64,000 nt of DNA from Myxococcota bacterium (lineage in GTDB: Bacteria; Myxococcota_A; UBA796; GCA-2862545): assembly GCA_039208735.1 (NCBI GenBank), contig JBCCQY010000042.1:1-64000 (forward strand). Direction: 5' to 3'. Below are positions 40,934 through 50,017 of this stretch, one piece after another; positions within the stretch are counted from its first letter, which is position 1; the number at the start of each line of letters is the position of its first letter. The position numbers and the translations under genes are program-made. Under the pieces are notes generated by a model. That model worked only from the letters and a program-made list of their open reading frames with translations, was not told the DNA's origin and ran no database searches.

Positions 40934-43900
40934 ATCCGCGGCTCGCGCGCGTCATCGAGACGGGCCTCGTCATCATCGCCGTCGTACTTGGGATCGTGGC
41001 TAGCGAACAAGCGCTTTCGGCAGCCCTCGCCCAAGCCGCGGAGCGAAGCGGGGAGGTCTTGCGGACCCTCGCCGAGGTGGAGCGAGCAAGTCGGTGGGCG
41101 TCGTTGGAGTTCGGGCTTGGCGCGTTGGCCCTCGTCGCAGGGTCGTGGGCGGGTCGATTGCGTGGGGGCAACGCCATCTCGGTCCCCTTTCTCCTTCCCG
41201 CGGCGGTGGCGGCCATCGGCCTCGGTTTCGCCATGCAAATGGGCTACGGCGACCCCCTCCGAGGCCCCGGATGGCCCGGTCCCAGCTATGCCACGGGCGT
41301 TTTGATGGCGGGCCTCACGGGGGGCGCCATCTTGGCCGCGCCTTTCGATTGGGAGCGCGTCTTTGTCGACGGCCGCAGGGCCATCCTGGCGAGCATCGTG
41401 ATCACCTTTGGCTTGCTGTGGGCGTTCGGATCAGGACCCGAGGGCAGCCAGACCCGCATCAACTTGGGCCCCTTCCAACCCCTCGAGTTCGTCAAGCTCG
41501 GGTTCGTCGCGTTTGTCGCTGTGTTCTTGGGCCGGCGCGCCTCGATGATCCGCTACCAACGCAACAACTTTCTTCGCGGACTCCTGCGGGTGCCTCGGCC
41601 TCGTCTACTCTTCCCCGCGGTCCTCGTGTTGCTGGTGATCTTTGCGGGCCTCTTCTTGGTTCGTGACCTCGGACCCATCCTGATCCTAGGCCTGACATTC
41701 CTCACCTTGTTCACCGTGGTGACGCGCTCTCCGCCGTGGGCGTTTGGCGCTTTGGGCGTCGTCACCCTGATCGTCACGGTGCTCGCGAACATGCCGGATG
41801 TGGTCGGATCGCGAACGCTCGCCCTGCGCATGCGCATGTGGCTCGACCCTTGGATGAACGCGCTCCCGAACGGCGACCAGCTCGTTGCTTCCCGCTGGGC
41901 CATCGCGGCCGGCGGATGGTTTGGCCAGGGCTTTGGCAACGCCGCCATCGGAGCCCTGCCCGCGGGTCAGACCGACCTTGCGCTGGCTCACCTCGCCGAA
42001 GAGTTAGGCGTGTTCGGGGTGTCGGTGTACCTCGGACTGCTCTTCGTGGTCATTGCCTCGGGGGTGTGGACCGCGGCCCAAAACCGCACCCCCGAACGGG
42101 TCTTGCTCGCCATCGGCTTTTCCGCGTTGCTGACCCACCAGTGGATCGTGATTTTCGGTGGAACGACTGGCGTATTGCCGCTCACGGGCGTCATTGTCCC
42201 CTTCCTGTCGGCGGGCCGAACCTCCATGATCGCATTCGTCGCGTTGGTCGCGTTTATCGGGGCGCTAGCCCGTGATGGCGCCGTGCGGGCGTCGACCGAC
42301 GAACTGGAGCAGCTCCGCGACGGAACCTTGGGGGTCGGAGCGGCGCTTGGCCTCGCCTTTGTGGCCGCATTCGCGATCCTCGCGGCGGAAGGAGGCTTCG
42401 TGGGCCCGGCGACGAGCGTGCGCGGGGTGGTCACCACGCTGGGAGATGGCACCGTCGTGGTTCGCCACGACCGTCGCATCGAGGCTATTGCGAAGCTCGT
42501 GCCCCGTGGCCGCATCGTAGATCGCTTCGGGCGGGTGCTCGCAGAAGACGATGCCGACCATCGCCGAGTCACGCCGTTGGGGCCTGCGCTCGGGACGCTG
42601 CTCGGACCCGCGACGGGTGAAGTGCTGCGCCCTGATTGGTCCATCGAGAAACGGTACGCCAAGTACCTCCGTGGCTATGGCGACGCCGAAGATGGACCTT
42701 CGATGTGGCTGACGTCGGATGGCCAAACCGAGGAGGTGCTTTTCGTAAGTCCAACCCGCAAGGTGCGACCTCGCGACCAGCGTCGGGTGACCCGTCACAC
42801 GGCCGAAACGGGGTCCTCGGTGCGACAAGTCGCGCTTCCTGCCCCCGATTACCGGCCGCTGGTGCCCATCCTCCATACCGCCCCTGAAGACCGCTCAGCC
42901 GCGGTGTTGGCCAAGTTTGGCCCCGTCGAATCGCGAACAATGGCGTTGACCCTCGACGCCCAACTTCAAGCCGCGACCCACCGCATCCTCACCGAGGCCG
43001 CGGCCAAGGGAAAGGCAGCCGCGGCCGTGGTCATCGATGTGGCCACGGGCGACGTTCTCGTGCGCGCCCAGGTGCCGGACTACGACCCCTCGGACCGTCG
43101 GGCCTGGCTTCGCCCGGTCCTCACTAACAATGCAGCTTTCGTCGGGGTCTACGGGCCATGGAGCGATCTGACGGGTCGTCGCGGCATCTTCCAAGCGGGC
43201 AGCGTGGGCAAGATTTTCACGAGCCTCGCCGTAGCTCGACAGCGATGGCCCGTTCAGGGTCAGGGATGCGAAACGACGACGGTGAAATCGTACGGCTGCG
43301 TGTCGCGAGACCGCGAAGGACCCCGTTTTACTCGACCCGGATGGCGACGGGCCATCCATGACTACTACAAGGATGACCTACATGGACGGGTCGACCTTAG
43401 AAAAGCCATTGGACAAAGCTGCAACGTGACGTTTGGCCAGATTGCGCTCGACTTGGGACCTCAGCCCTTTGCCGACCTCGTTCACGCGGGCTTGTCCGTC
43501 GGGTGGTCCGATGACTTCCAGGCCGGAAAGGCAGGCACTCGCGCGCTCGCGGAGACCGGATTTGGTCAGGGGGCCACCGCCCTGTCCGTCTTGCAGGCCG
43601 CGCGTATGACGGCCGCGGTGGCGGGCGATGGCGTCGTCAAGACCTGCTCTCCTCACTTGCGGCTCGGGGCCCGTTGCGACGCGGTGCAGGTCGTGGACTA
43701 CACCCGCGGGCTCCAAGCCATCCTCGCGGGCATGCGAAGTACCATTACCGAAGGCACCGGCAAACGACTGCCCCGCATCAAGGGGGTCCGGGTCTACGGC
43801 AAGACCGGAACCGCGGATTCCCTGGGACTCGCCGACGAGGCGCCGTACGGGATTGAGCCCGGCGCCAAAGAGGTGACCCCGCACTCCTGGTTCATCGCCA

Positions 43901-44067
43901 TCGGCGAACCCGAAGGCACCGAGGCCTGCGGGAGCGACCCCACAGGGAGGCTTGCCGTCGCGGTCGTCGTTCCTCGAGCGGGCACCGGCGCCTCCGCCGC
44001 CGCCCCTGCCGCGCTAAAGGTGCTCAGAGCGGCCCACGAACAGGGCTACTTCGGAGACGGTGCATGA
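40930..44067 (+). CDS. Fused SEDS glycosyltransferase (FtsW/RodA/SpoVE) + class B penicillin-binding transpeptidase
   Basis: SEDS motifs QPLEFVK, RDLG, W.DPW, GGWFGQG, QTD...AEELG, LPLTG..VPFLS.G; PBP motifs PRGRIVDR, LTLDA.LQ, SxxK (SVGK), SxN (SCN), KTG, all in one uninterrupted ORF. Confidence 0.92.
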   Translation: MNPRLARVIETGLVIIAVVLGIVASEQALSAALAQAAERSGEVLRTLAEVERASRWASLEFGLGALALVAGSWAGRLRGGNAISVPFLLPAAVAAIGLGFAMQMGYGDPLRGPGWPGPSYATGVLMAGLTGGAILAAPFDWERVFVDGRRAILASIVITFGLLWAFGSGPEGSQTRINLGPFQPLEFVKLGFVAFVAVFLGRRASMIRYQRNNFLRGLLRVPRPRLLFPAVLVLLVIFAGLFLVRDLGPILILGLTFLTLFTVVTRSPPWAFGALGVVTLIVTVLANMPDVVGSRTLALRMRMWLDPWMNALPNGDQLVASRWAIAAGGWFGQGFGNAAIGALPAGQTDLALAHLAEELGVFGVSVYLGLLFVVIASGVWTAAQNRTPERVLLAIGFSALLTHQWIVIFGGTTGVLPLTGVIVPFLSAGRTSMIAFVALVAFIGALARDGAVRASTDELEQLRDGTLGVGAALGLAFVAAFAILAAEGGFVGPATSVRGVVTTLGDGTVVVRHDRRIEAIAKLVPRGRIVDRFGRVLAEDDADHRRVTPLGPALGTLLGPATGEVLRPDWSIEKRYAKYLRGYGDAEDGPSMWLTSDGQTEEVLFVSPTRKVRPRDQRRVTRHTAETGSSVRQVALPAPDYRPLVPILHTAPEDRSAAVLAKFGPVESRTMALTLDAQLQAATHRILTEAAAKGKAAAAVVIDVATGDVLVRAQVPDYDPSDRRAWLRPVLTNNAAFVGVYGPWSDLTGRRGIFQAGSVGKIFTSLAVARQRWPVQGQGCETTTVKSYGCVSRDREGPRFTRPGWRRAIHDYYKDDLHGRVDLRKAIGQSCNVTFGQIALDLGPQPFADLVHAGLSVGWSDDFQAGKAGTRALAETGFGQGATALSVLQAARMTAAVAGDGVVKTCSPHLRLGARCDAVQVVDYTRGLQAILAGMRSTITEGTGKRLPRIKGVRVYGKTGTADSLGLADEAPYGIEPGAKEVTPHSWFIAIGEPEGTEACGSDPTGRLAVAVVVPRAGTGASAAAPAALKVLRAAHEQGYFGDGA

Positions 44068-46286
44068 GCGGCCCCACGCTGGTGCCTCCGGGACACCAGG
44101 CCATCTCGGTGCTTCGTCGCGTAGAAGGCGAGCGACTCGTCGTCCACACGCGACGACCTTCGGGCGATTGCGCCACCCTCGTCTTGCTCACGCCTGTCCC
44201 GCTGCACTTCGGCTCCACCCTCAAGGGGGTCATGTTGCGGGGACGTGGCTCCATCGAGGGCCTGCCCGCCGAGGTGAGCCGTACCCTCGAAGGATTTCGG
44301 GTTCGGGCTCGGGTGGGCCTCGAAGAACAAGGCATCGCGCGAGTGGTCGACGCTGGAGTGCTGCAGGTCCGCGAAGGCGAAGGCATCACCGAGGCCTTGC
44401 CGCCTCAGGGGCACGGCTATGTCTGGGCCTCAACCGCATGGGTGCCCGGCGAAACCCTCGACAAGGCCTGGCCAAACCTCGACCGCGACGCCCGCACCGA
44501 AACGCTTCGAAGGGTGGCCACCAACCTGGCCACCCTGCATCGCTACGGTGTCTTCTACGGCGACCTCAAGCCGGGCAACGTCATCGTAGGGGAATCGGAC
44601 ACCGTCCTCATCGATCTCGAGACCCTGCGGGAAGTCCCAGGGGTAGATGCTCCGGTGCGGAGTCTCGAGTACACCCCGGGCTATGCCGCACCCGAGCAGG
44701 TTTCTGCCTATGAGGCCTACCTTACGTCGGACGTGTGGGCGTTTGGGGCCCTCGCGGCCTCCCTGTGGCTCGAAAAGCCGCCCGGCGAAGCGGTCCGTGC
44801 GGTCACGGTCCCGGACCCACCGCAATCGGTCCTCGACGCGTTGCCTCCCCGCTGGCTCGACGTCCTCAGGGCCTGCCTGCGCCCCATTCCTCAGGAGCGG
44901 CCCCGGGCCGCTGCGGTCGCCGCGGTGCTTCGCGGTGAAGACGTCGGCCTCGAGGGGTTCATGGATCCGCCGGCGGTGGGCGGGTTCGGCGCCTACGTCC
45001 AGCTCGATGCCACGGGCCAAGAAGGGTCGAGCGACCAAACAACCCGCGTGGAAGACCCCGACGACGGCCTCGCTCCCCTGCCCACGCCGCCCCCACCGGT
45101 GCCGCAAAGTCAGATCGAGACCATCACCCCCGACCGGGCGTTGATGGCGAGCGACGTACGCCTGGCCCCGGCTCCCGCGCCCCGTCGCGCCCAGATTGGC
45201 TGGGCCCTCGCCGTTCTCGCGTTGGGATTGCTCCTCATCGTGGCTCTGCGGCCGCGATTGCCGGGCTTTGCTCCTCGATCCGCCCCGGTTCCGCCCGTGA
45301 ACCCGGTCGAGGTCCTTCGTGATGCCTTCCAACGGCACAAGACCGACCCAGCCCACAACGGCCAGGACGAGATCGATCGCATCTTGACCCAGGCGACGGC
45401 CGCCCTAAGCGATGAGCGTACGCCGGATACCGCAGGCCTGCGGTCGCGCGCCTTTGTATGGAGCCCGCGCTGGCACTACAGCACCGCCTCGTGGGACCCC
45501 GAAAAGTGGTCGTTGGCCGACGACGAAACGCGAACCGCATTGGCCGTGGGGCCGACCGTCGAGGGCCGATTCGCCAGGGCGATGGCACTCTCAGCCGCGT
45601 GTCGGCTCATGCCCAACACCGACAACGGCGCCCCGGTGCGCACCGCTCGGTGCAACGAGGCCGAACGGGAGTTCGCGATACTCGACGAGGCCCATGACAC
45701 CGATCGTCCCGGGTGGCTCGCGGTGGAGGTGCACTGGGCCGCCGAGGTTTTGCAGATGCACCTCGTGCTCCGTGCCCTCCGCGCCGACGACGAAGTCGAG
45801 GTGACCGAGCATGTTCAGACCGCCTACATCCACTGTGAAGAGGCGTGGCCGCTGCTCGACACCGCTCCGGTCAACGGCGACGAAATGAACGAGGACTGCA
45901 TCGCCATCACGGGTTGGGCCAGGGACTATACGGCGTTCCTGCGCTGGAGTGACCGACTGCTCGACCGACGCGGCCGTGTCTCACTCGAAGGCGCTTACCC
46001 TGAAGTGGCCAAGATCTTCCGCGGCGGTGCCCTCGAATGCACCTACCGGGACGTGGACCTTCGGGGCATCCCCACCTCCCGAGCACGGACCGGCTCTTGG
46101 GGGCACTTTTGCGACATCCTAGGCCTCGGTGCGCTCGGCTGTGCGGACGCCGATACCCCCAGGCCCTTGCGGCGTCGGGGTCGTAAAGTCCCGTGGAGCC
46201 AGCTGCGCGAAGCACTGAACCATCCCCAACGCACCCGCTGTTTGCTTGGTGATGAGGAGAACAAGATCCGTGCCGCGCTCCGTTGA
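44064..46286 (+). CDS. Degenerate Ser/Thr kinase-like membrane protein with helical C-terminal domain
   Basis: YGDLKPGNV, DLE (for DFG), TPGYAAPEQ, SDVWAFG, P.ERP; no clear Gly-loop or VAxK; TM then Cys-containing helical domain. Confidence 0.8.
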   Translation: MSGPTLVPPGHQAISVLRRVEGERLVVHTRRPSGDCATLVLLTPVPLHFGSTLKGVMLRGRGSIEGLPAEVSRTLEGFRVRARVGLEEQGIARVVDAGVLQVREGEGITEALPPQGHGYVWASTAWVPGETLDKAWPNLDRDARTETLRRVATNLATLHRYGVFYGDLKPGNVIVGESDTVLIDLETLREVPGVDAPVRSLEYTPGYAAPEQVSAYEAYLTSDVWAFGALAASLWLEKPPGEAVRAVTVPDPPQSVLDALPPRWLDVLRACLRPIPQERPRAAAVAAVLRGEDVGLEGFMDPPAVGGFGAYVQLDATGQEGSSDQTTRVEDPDDGLAPLPTPPPPVPQSQIETITPDRALMASDVRLAPAPAPRRAQIGWALAVLALGLLLIVALRPRLPGFAPRSAPVPPVNPVEVLRDAFQRHKTDPAHNGQDEIDRILTQATAALSDERTPDTAGLRSRAFVWSPRWHYSTASWDPEKWSLADDETRTALAVGPTVEGRFARAMALSAACRLMPNTDNGAPVRTARCNEAEREFAILDEAHDTDRPGWLAVEVHWAAEVLQMHLVLRALRADDEVEVTEHVQTAYIHCEEAWPLLDTAPVNGDEMNEDCIAITGWARDYTAFLRWSDRLLDRRGRVSLEGAYPEVAKIFRGGALECTYRDVDLRGIPTSRARTGSWGHFCDILGLGALGCADADTPRPLRRRGRKVPWSQLREALNHPQRTRCLLGDEENKIRAALR

Positions 46287-46902
46287 GACCCTGCCCACCG
46301 CGTTGGGACCCCGCACCTGGGGCCAAGTCGTCGAGGGACTATGCGAAGACCCTGCCCTCGCCGACGAACTCACCACCCGCATCCTGCGACCGGGCCATCG
46401 GGCGGTGTACTTCGAAGCACGACCTGTGCGCGGAGATGCCCGAGATCGCCCGTTCGAGTTCGTGGTGCTGCCCGCCCATGGCCTCGATGACTACACCGCC
46501 GATCCCGACGCGTTCGACGAGCACTTCGTGCACACCGACGAACCCGTGGTGTGCGTCCCGAACCTAAGCCGGACCGCCCTGCTGGTCGTGCCGCGACCCA
46601 ATCGACCCGAGGACCCATTTGGGCACCTGGCATCGTTCCTTCGGTCGGCCCCTCCGCCTTTGGTCCAAGTGTTTTGGCGGCGGGCCGGGCTTGCGTTGCG
46701 GGAATGGATGGACGCCCGACCCACACGGCCCGTCTGGTTCTCGACCGCAGGCCACGGCGTGCCCTGGCTCCATCTGCGTCTCGATGAAACCCCGAAGTAT
46801 TACCGACATCGCCCGTTCAGGACCGCCCCAAGCGCACCTACGCCCGTCGGCACTCCTCAGATCCACCTCGACGGAGAGCCCATGGAGGCGGCGGAAGAGT
46901 GA
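46246..46902 (+). CDS. Conserved hypothetical protein (DUF6940-like)
   Basis: PFEFVV, AFDEHF, PNL...ALLVVP, HLASFLR.AP, VWFSTAG.GVPWLHLRLD..PKYY; start uncertain (46246, 46252 or 46303). Confidence 0.7.
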   Translation: MVMRRTRSVPRSVETLPTALGPRTWGQVVEGLCEDPALADELTTRILRPGHRAVYFEARPVRGDARDRPFEFVVLPAHGLDDYTADPDAFDEHFVHTDEPVVCVPNLSRTALLVVPRPNRPEDPFGHLASFLRSAPPPLVQVFWRRAGLALREWMDARPTRPVWFSTAGHGVPWLHLRLDETPKYYRHRPFRTAPSAPTPVGTPQIHLDGEPMEAAEE

Positions 46903-47454
46903 CTACGGCGTTGGCGTAGGAGGTGGCACGGGCGTCGTCGTGCCCCCGCCCGACCCGCCCGACGGCAGCGGGAACCCGCCCGAACCACCCGACGGCAACG
47001 GGAATCCGCCTGAACCACCCGACGGCAGCGGGAATCCGCCTGAACCACCCGACGGCAGCGGGAACCCGCCTGAACCACCCGACGGCAGCGGGAACCCGCC
47101 TGAACCACCCGACGGCAGCGGGAATCCGCCTGAACCACCCGACGGCAACGGGAATCCACCTGAACCACCCGACGGCAACGGGAATCCACCGGAATCTGCA
47201 TCGGTATCGGAGTCGGTGTCGGCATCGGAGTCCGAATCACCGTCGGCATCCGAGTCGGCGTCGGCGTCGGCGTCTGTATCGCCGTCGCTATCTGTGTCGG
47301 CGTCGGTATCCGAATCGGTATCGGTGTCCGTGTCGCTATCGGCATCGGCGTCGGAGTCAGCGTCGACATCCGAATCTTCGGGTTTGTCTCCATTGAGAGA
47401 AAGCGTACAACCACCCGAGGTCAGGGCAAAAAGAACGCCCCATACACCGAACAT
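46903..47454 (-). CDS. Low-complexity lipoprotein with (D-x)n tract and 8x [10 protein letters not shown] repeat
   Basis: GGAGG RBS, hydrophobic leader ending SGGC, DADSDTD tract, tandem decapeptide, PTP tail. Confidence 0.65.
   Translation of the reverse strand: MFGVWGVLFALTSGGCTLSLNGDKPEDSDVDADSDADADSDTDTDTDSDTDADTDSDGDTDADADADSDADGDSDSDADTDSDTDADSGGFPLPSGGSGGFPLPSGGSGGFPLPSGGSGGFPLPSGGSGGFPLPSGGSGGFPLPSGGSGGFPLPSGGSGGFPLPSGGSGGGTTTPVPPPTPTP
46951..47190. repeat. 30-bp tandem repeat, 8 copies (coding VNTR)
   Basis: Unit ~GACGGCAGCGGGAATCCGCCTGAACCACCC; copy differences are synonymous in the minus-strand frame. Confidence 0.95.
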
Positions 47455-47627
47455 CAGAGCCTCCAAACACAAGCACACGAACTGGGGGGCAGGTAACCCA
47501 GACTACGCGTGCGTACCCGACAAATCGAACCGCCACTTCGCAACCGACGAGGTCGACTCCTACAGACACCAAGAAACCTGTGGCGAGCCACCAGGGATTG
47601 AGACTTGATGATCGCAGGTGGTCGCCG

Positions 47628-48464
47628 ATGGCTCACCGACGCCCCCAGGTTAGGCGATCGCCGGACTTGCTCGCATTTTCGCGGACCGTTCCGGCTTTGT
47701 CCGCGCTTTCGCGGCGACCGTCCGGAGGAACCCTGGCTCTTTTTCTGCTGGTCCTCGCATGCAACACCGCTTGGGGATGGACCCCCGAAGCGCTTGCGGA
47801 CCGGCTCGCAAGCATCCAATCCCACCGACAGCTTCGCACCACCAAGGGCGCACCGATTCCCGGCGAGGGCGACCTACGCAAAGTCGCGAATGGCAACATC
47901 GTCACGGGCCTCCTGTCTTCAAAGGAAGGCAATCGAGCCTACGGCGTTGCCATCGTGCCGCTGTCGATCGGACGGTTTTGGGCCGCCCTCAACGATGAAA
48001 CCCGCCACCCTGGCTACACCGCAGTCGAATATTCGGAATTGCTCGACGGATCCGTCTGCCGCGAAGGCCGAAAGGTGCTTCAGTTTCTCCCCATTCCCGT
48101 TCCCTTTGTCGCCGGCCGCTGGTGGATCGGCCTACCCAAGCCCAACCAACGCGTCCACAGTGCAAGCGGTGGTGCGGTTCGCGAACTCGCCTTCAGCTCC
48201 TCAACCGATGCGAGTCTCGTGCGAAGCCCTGGAGGACAGAAGGTGATTCGCCGCGCTCAACCCATCGGATACTCACGGGGAGCCTGGTTTCTGGTGGCAC
48301 TGGACGAAAATGCCACCTACGTCGAATACTACCTGCACTCGGACCCGGGCAGTGGAGTTCCGACCTCGATGGCGGCGATGTTCGCTACGAAGGGCGTACG
48401 CAACACAATCCAGGCCATTCAGCGATTCGCCAAGGAGGCAAAACCCTCATGCGCCATCGAATGA
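47628..48464 (+). CDS. Secreted hypothetical protein, START/SRPBCC-like
   Basis: Hydrophobic signal (LALFLLVLACNTAWG); PIPVPFVAGRWW, GAWFLVALD...TYVEYYLHSDPGSGVP and terminal helix resemble START fold; start uncertain. Confidence 0.55.
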   Translation: MAHRRPQVRRSPDLLAFSRTVPALSALSRRPSGGTLALFLLVLACNTAWGWTPEALADRLASIQSHRQLRTTKGAPIPGEGDLRKVANGNIVTGLLSSKEGNRAYGVAIVPLSIGRFWAALNDETRHPGYTAVEYSELLDGSVCREGRKVLQFLPIPVPFVAGRWWIGLPKPNQRVHSASGGAVRELAFSSSTDASLVRSPGGQKVIRRAQPIGYSRGAWFLVALDENATYVEYYLHSDPGSGVPTSMAAMFATKGVRNTIQAIQRFAKEAKPSCAIE

Positions 48465-50017
48465 CGGTCTGGATCGCCGTTGCCATACTGGGGCTCTTGC
48501 TAGGGCTGCCCAAGGCCCATGCCGCAGACCCGTTCGGCTGGACCCAGCCTTCGCCAAAGGTGCAACTGGCCGCGGACAAACAACCCATTCCACTCGGAAA
48601 GGGGGCCCTGTTTGTGCCCTCGATGACCGACCCCCTGAATGAACCTGCACTGCTCCTGATCGGAGAGTCCAACAGCGAAATTCGGGAAATCGGGACGGGG
48701 CGCCGTGTGATGGTCGATCCGGGTCACTACGTGGTCATCGCCACGTCCGGCACGCCGGACCAGGGGGTCAGCCAGGCCGTCACGGTCTACGATGGCCAGA
48801 CCACCACCGTGGATGTGACCTGGGGGGCCGTGCGCATCGAGGTCGTGGACAACCGGCGGGTTCCGCACCGCCAGGGCTACGAGATCATCCGCGCCGACAA
48901 TCGTCAGCCTTACGGAACGGGGTTTGGGGCCGACACGTTGCAGGGCGAGAAGCTTCGGACGTGGTTTTTGCCGCCCGGTGTCTATCGGATCGTGCGTCCG
49001 GGAAGCAACTACCGAGCCCTTCGCGACTTTGCGACGGTCTATGTTCCCCCCGGTGGATTTGTCCGATACCGCCTGGTCCTCGATCGAGAGACCGGCGAAT
49101 TTCAGGGTTCGGGCGTCATCCTTCCCGACGAATTCGGCTCGCCCAAAGGCCCCGACAGCAAGTGGTTCCGTTCGCTCGTTTTGGGTGCGGTCGGCAGCTG
49201 GCTGCAGCAACGCAATGTTGTAGGAACGAGCACCGCATCTGGTTCGTTGTTTCTCGACGGCCAGCTTGCCTACAACAACGAAAATCACTCGGCGGCTGCG
49301 TTGCTCCAAATCGAGGAGGGTGCATCGCAGATTCGGCCCCAAGAAGGGCAGCCGCTACCGGTGGTCAAAGCCCAAGACCGGGTGCGGCTCGACCTGCTCT
49401 ACACCTACTTCCTTCGTCCGCGCATTGGTCCTTATTTGCGCGCGGCGGCCGAGAGTCAGGCGTTTCGGACCTCGGTCCTCGCGACCGAAGACACCGTCGT
49501 GTCGCGGGAATTTGCGGATGGCCGGGTTGCGCGACAGTTCGTCCCCGCCAACGAAACTTACTTTCTGGCTGGAGCCTGGGAGCCCACCATCGTACGGGAG
49601 GGGATGGGCCTCAACATGCGCGTCATCAACCGACGCTGGTTGTCGCTGAACTGGCGCATCGGCGTAGGGCTGCGCCAGAACCGGTTTGGCGGCTCTTGGG
49701 TGGTGTCGGACGACCCCAACACCGATGAGGTCGAGACCTTCCAGGTCGAGTCCTTCAACCAACAAGGCCTCGAATCGACCATTGTTGCGAATGCCCGCGT
49801 GTCGGGATTCCTCGTCTACGCCACGGATCTCGAGCTGTTCACCGACTTTCAGACCTTCAGCCAGCCCACGACCGAGTGGCGCAACACGGTCACCCTGCGA
49901 TTGAGCCGCAACCTTTCGATCAACTACATCCTCAACGTCGAGTGGGTGCCGGTGGTGGTCGAGCGGACGCGATTTGAACAGAGCGTGCTACTGCGTGCGG
50001 CATGGGCGATCTTGTGA
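48461..50017 (+). CDS. Secreted/outer-membrane protein, probable C-terminal beta-barrel
   Basis: Signal peptide ending AHA; two small beta-sandwich units (V.PG.Y.); C-terminal half has alternating amphipathic strands ending ...RAAWAIL; ATGA overlap. Confidence 0.6.
   Translation: MTVWIAVAILGLLLGLPKAHAADPFGWTQPSPKVQLAADKQPIPLGKGALFVPSMTDPLNEPALLLIGESNSEIREIGTGRRVMVDPGHYVVIATSGTPDQGVSQAVTVYDGQTTTVDVTWGAVRIEVVDNRRVPHRQGYEIIRADNRQPYGTGFGADTLQGEKLRTWFLPPGVYRIVRPGSNYRALRDFATVYVPPGGFVRYRLVLDRETGEFQGSGVILPDEFGSPKGPDSKWFRSLVLGAVGSWLQQRNVVGTSTASGSLFLDGQLAYNNENHSAAALLQIEEGASQIRPQEGQPLPVVKAQDRVRLDLLYTYFLRPRIGPYLRAAAESQAFRTSVLATEDTVVSREFADGRVARQFVPANETYFLAGAWEPTIVREGMGLNMRVINRRWLSLNWRIGVGLRQNRFGGSWVVSDDPNTDEVETFQVESFNQQGLESTIVANARVSGFLVYATDLELFTDFQTFSQPTTEWRNTVTLRLSRNLSINYILNVEWVPVVVERTRFEQSVLLRAAWAIL

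Noticed and set aside
46619..47608. + strand 329-aa ORF with [10 protein letters not shown] and SASES repeats
   Set aside because: Antisense shadow of the repeat lipoprotein; overlaps the DUF6940-like gene out of frame; repeat variation is non-synonymous in this frame and synonymous on the minus strand
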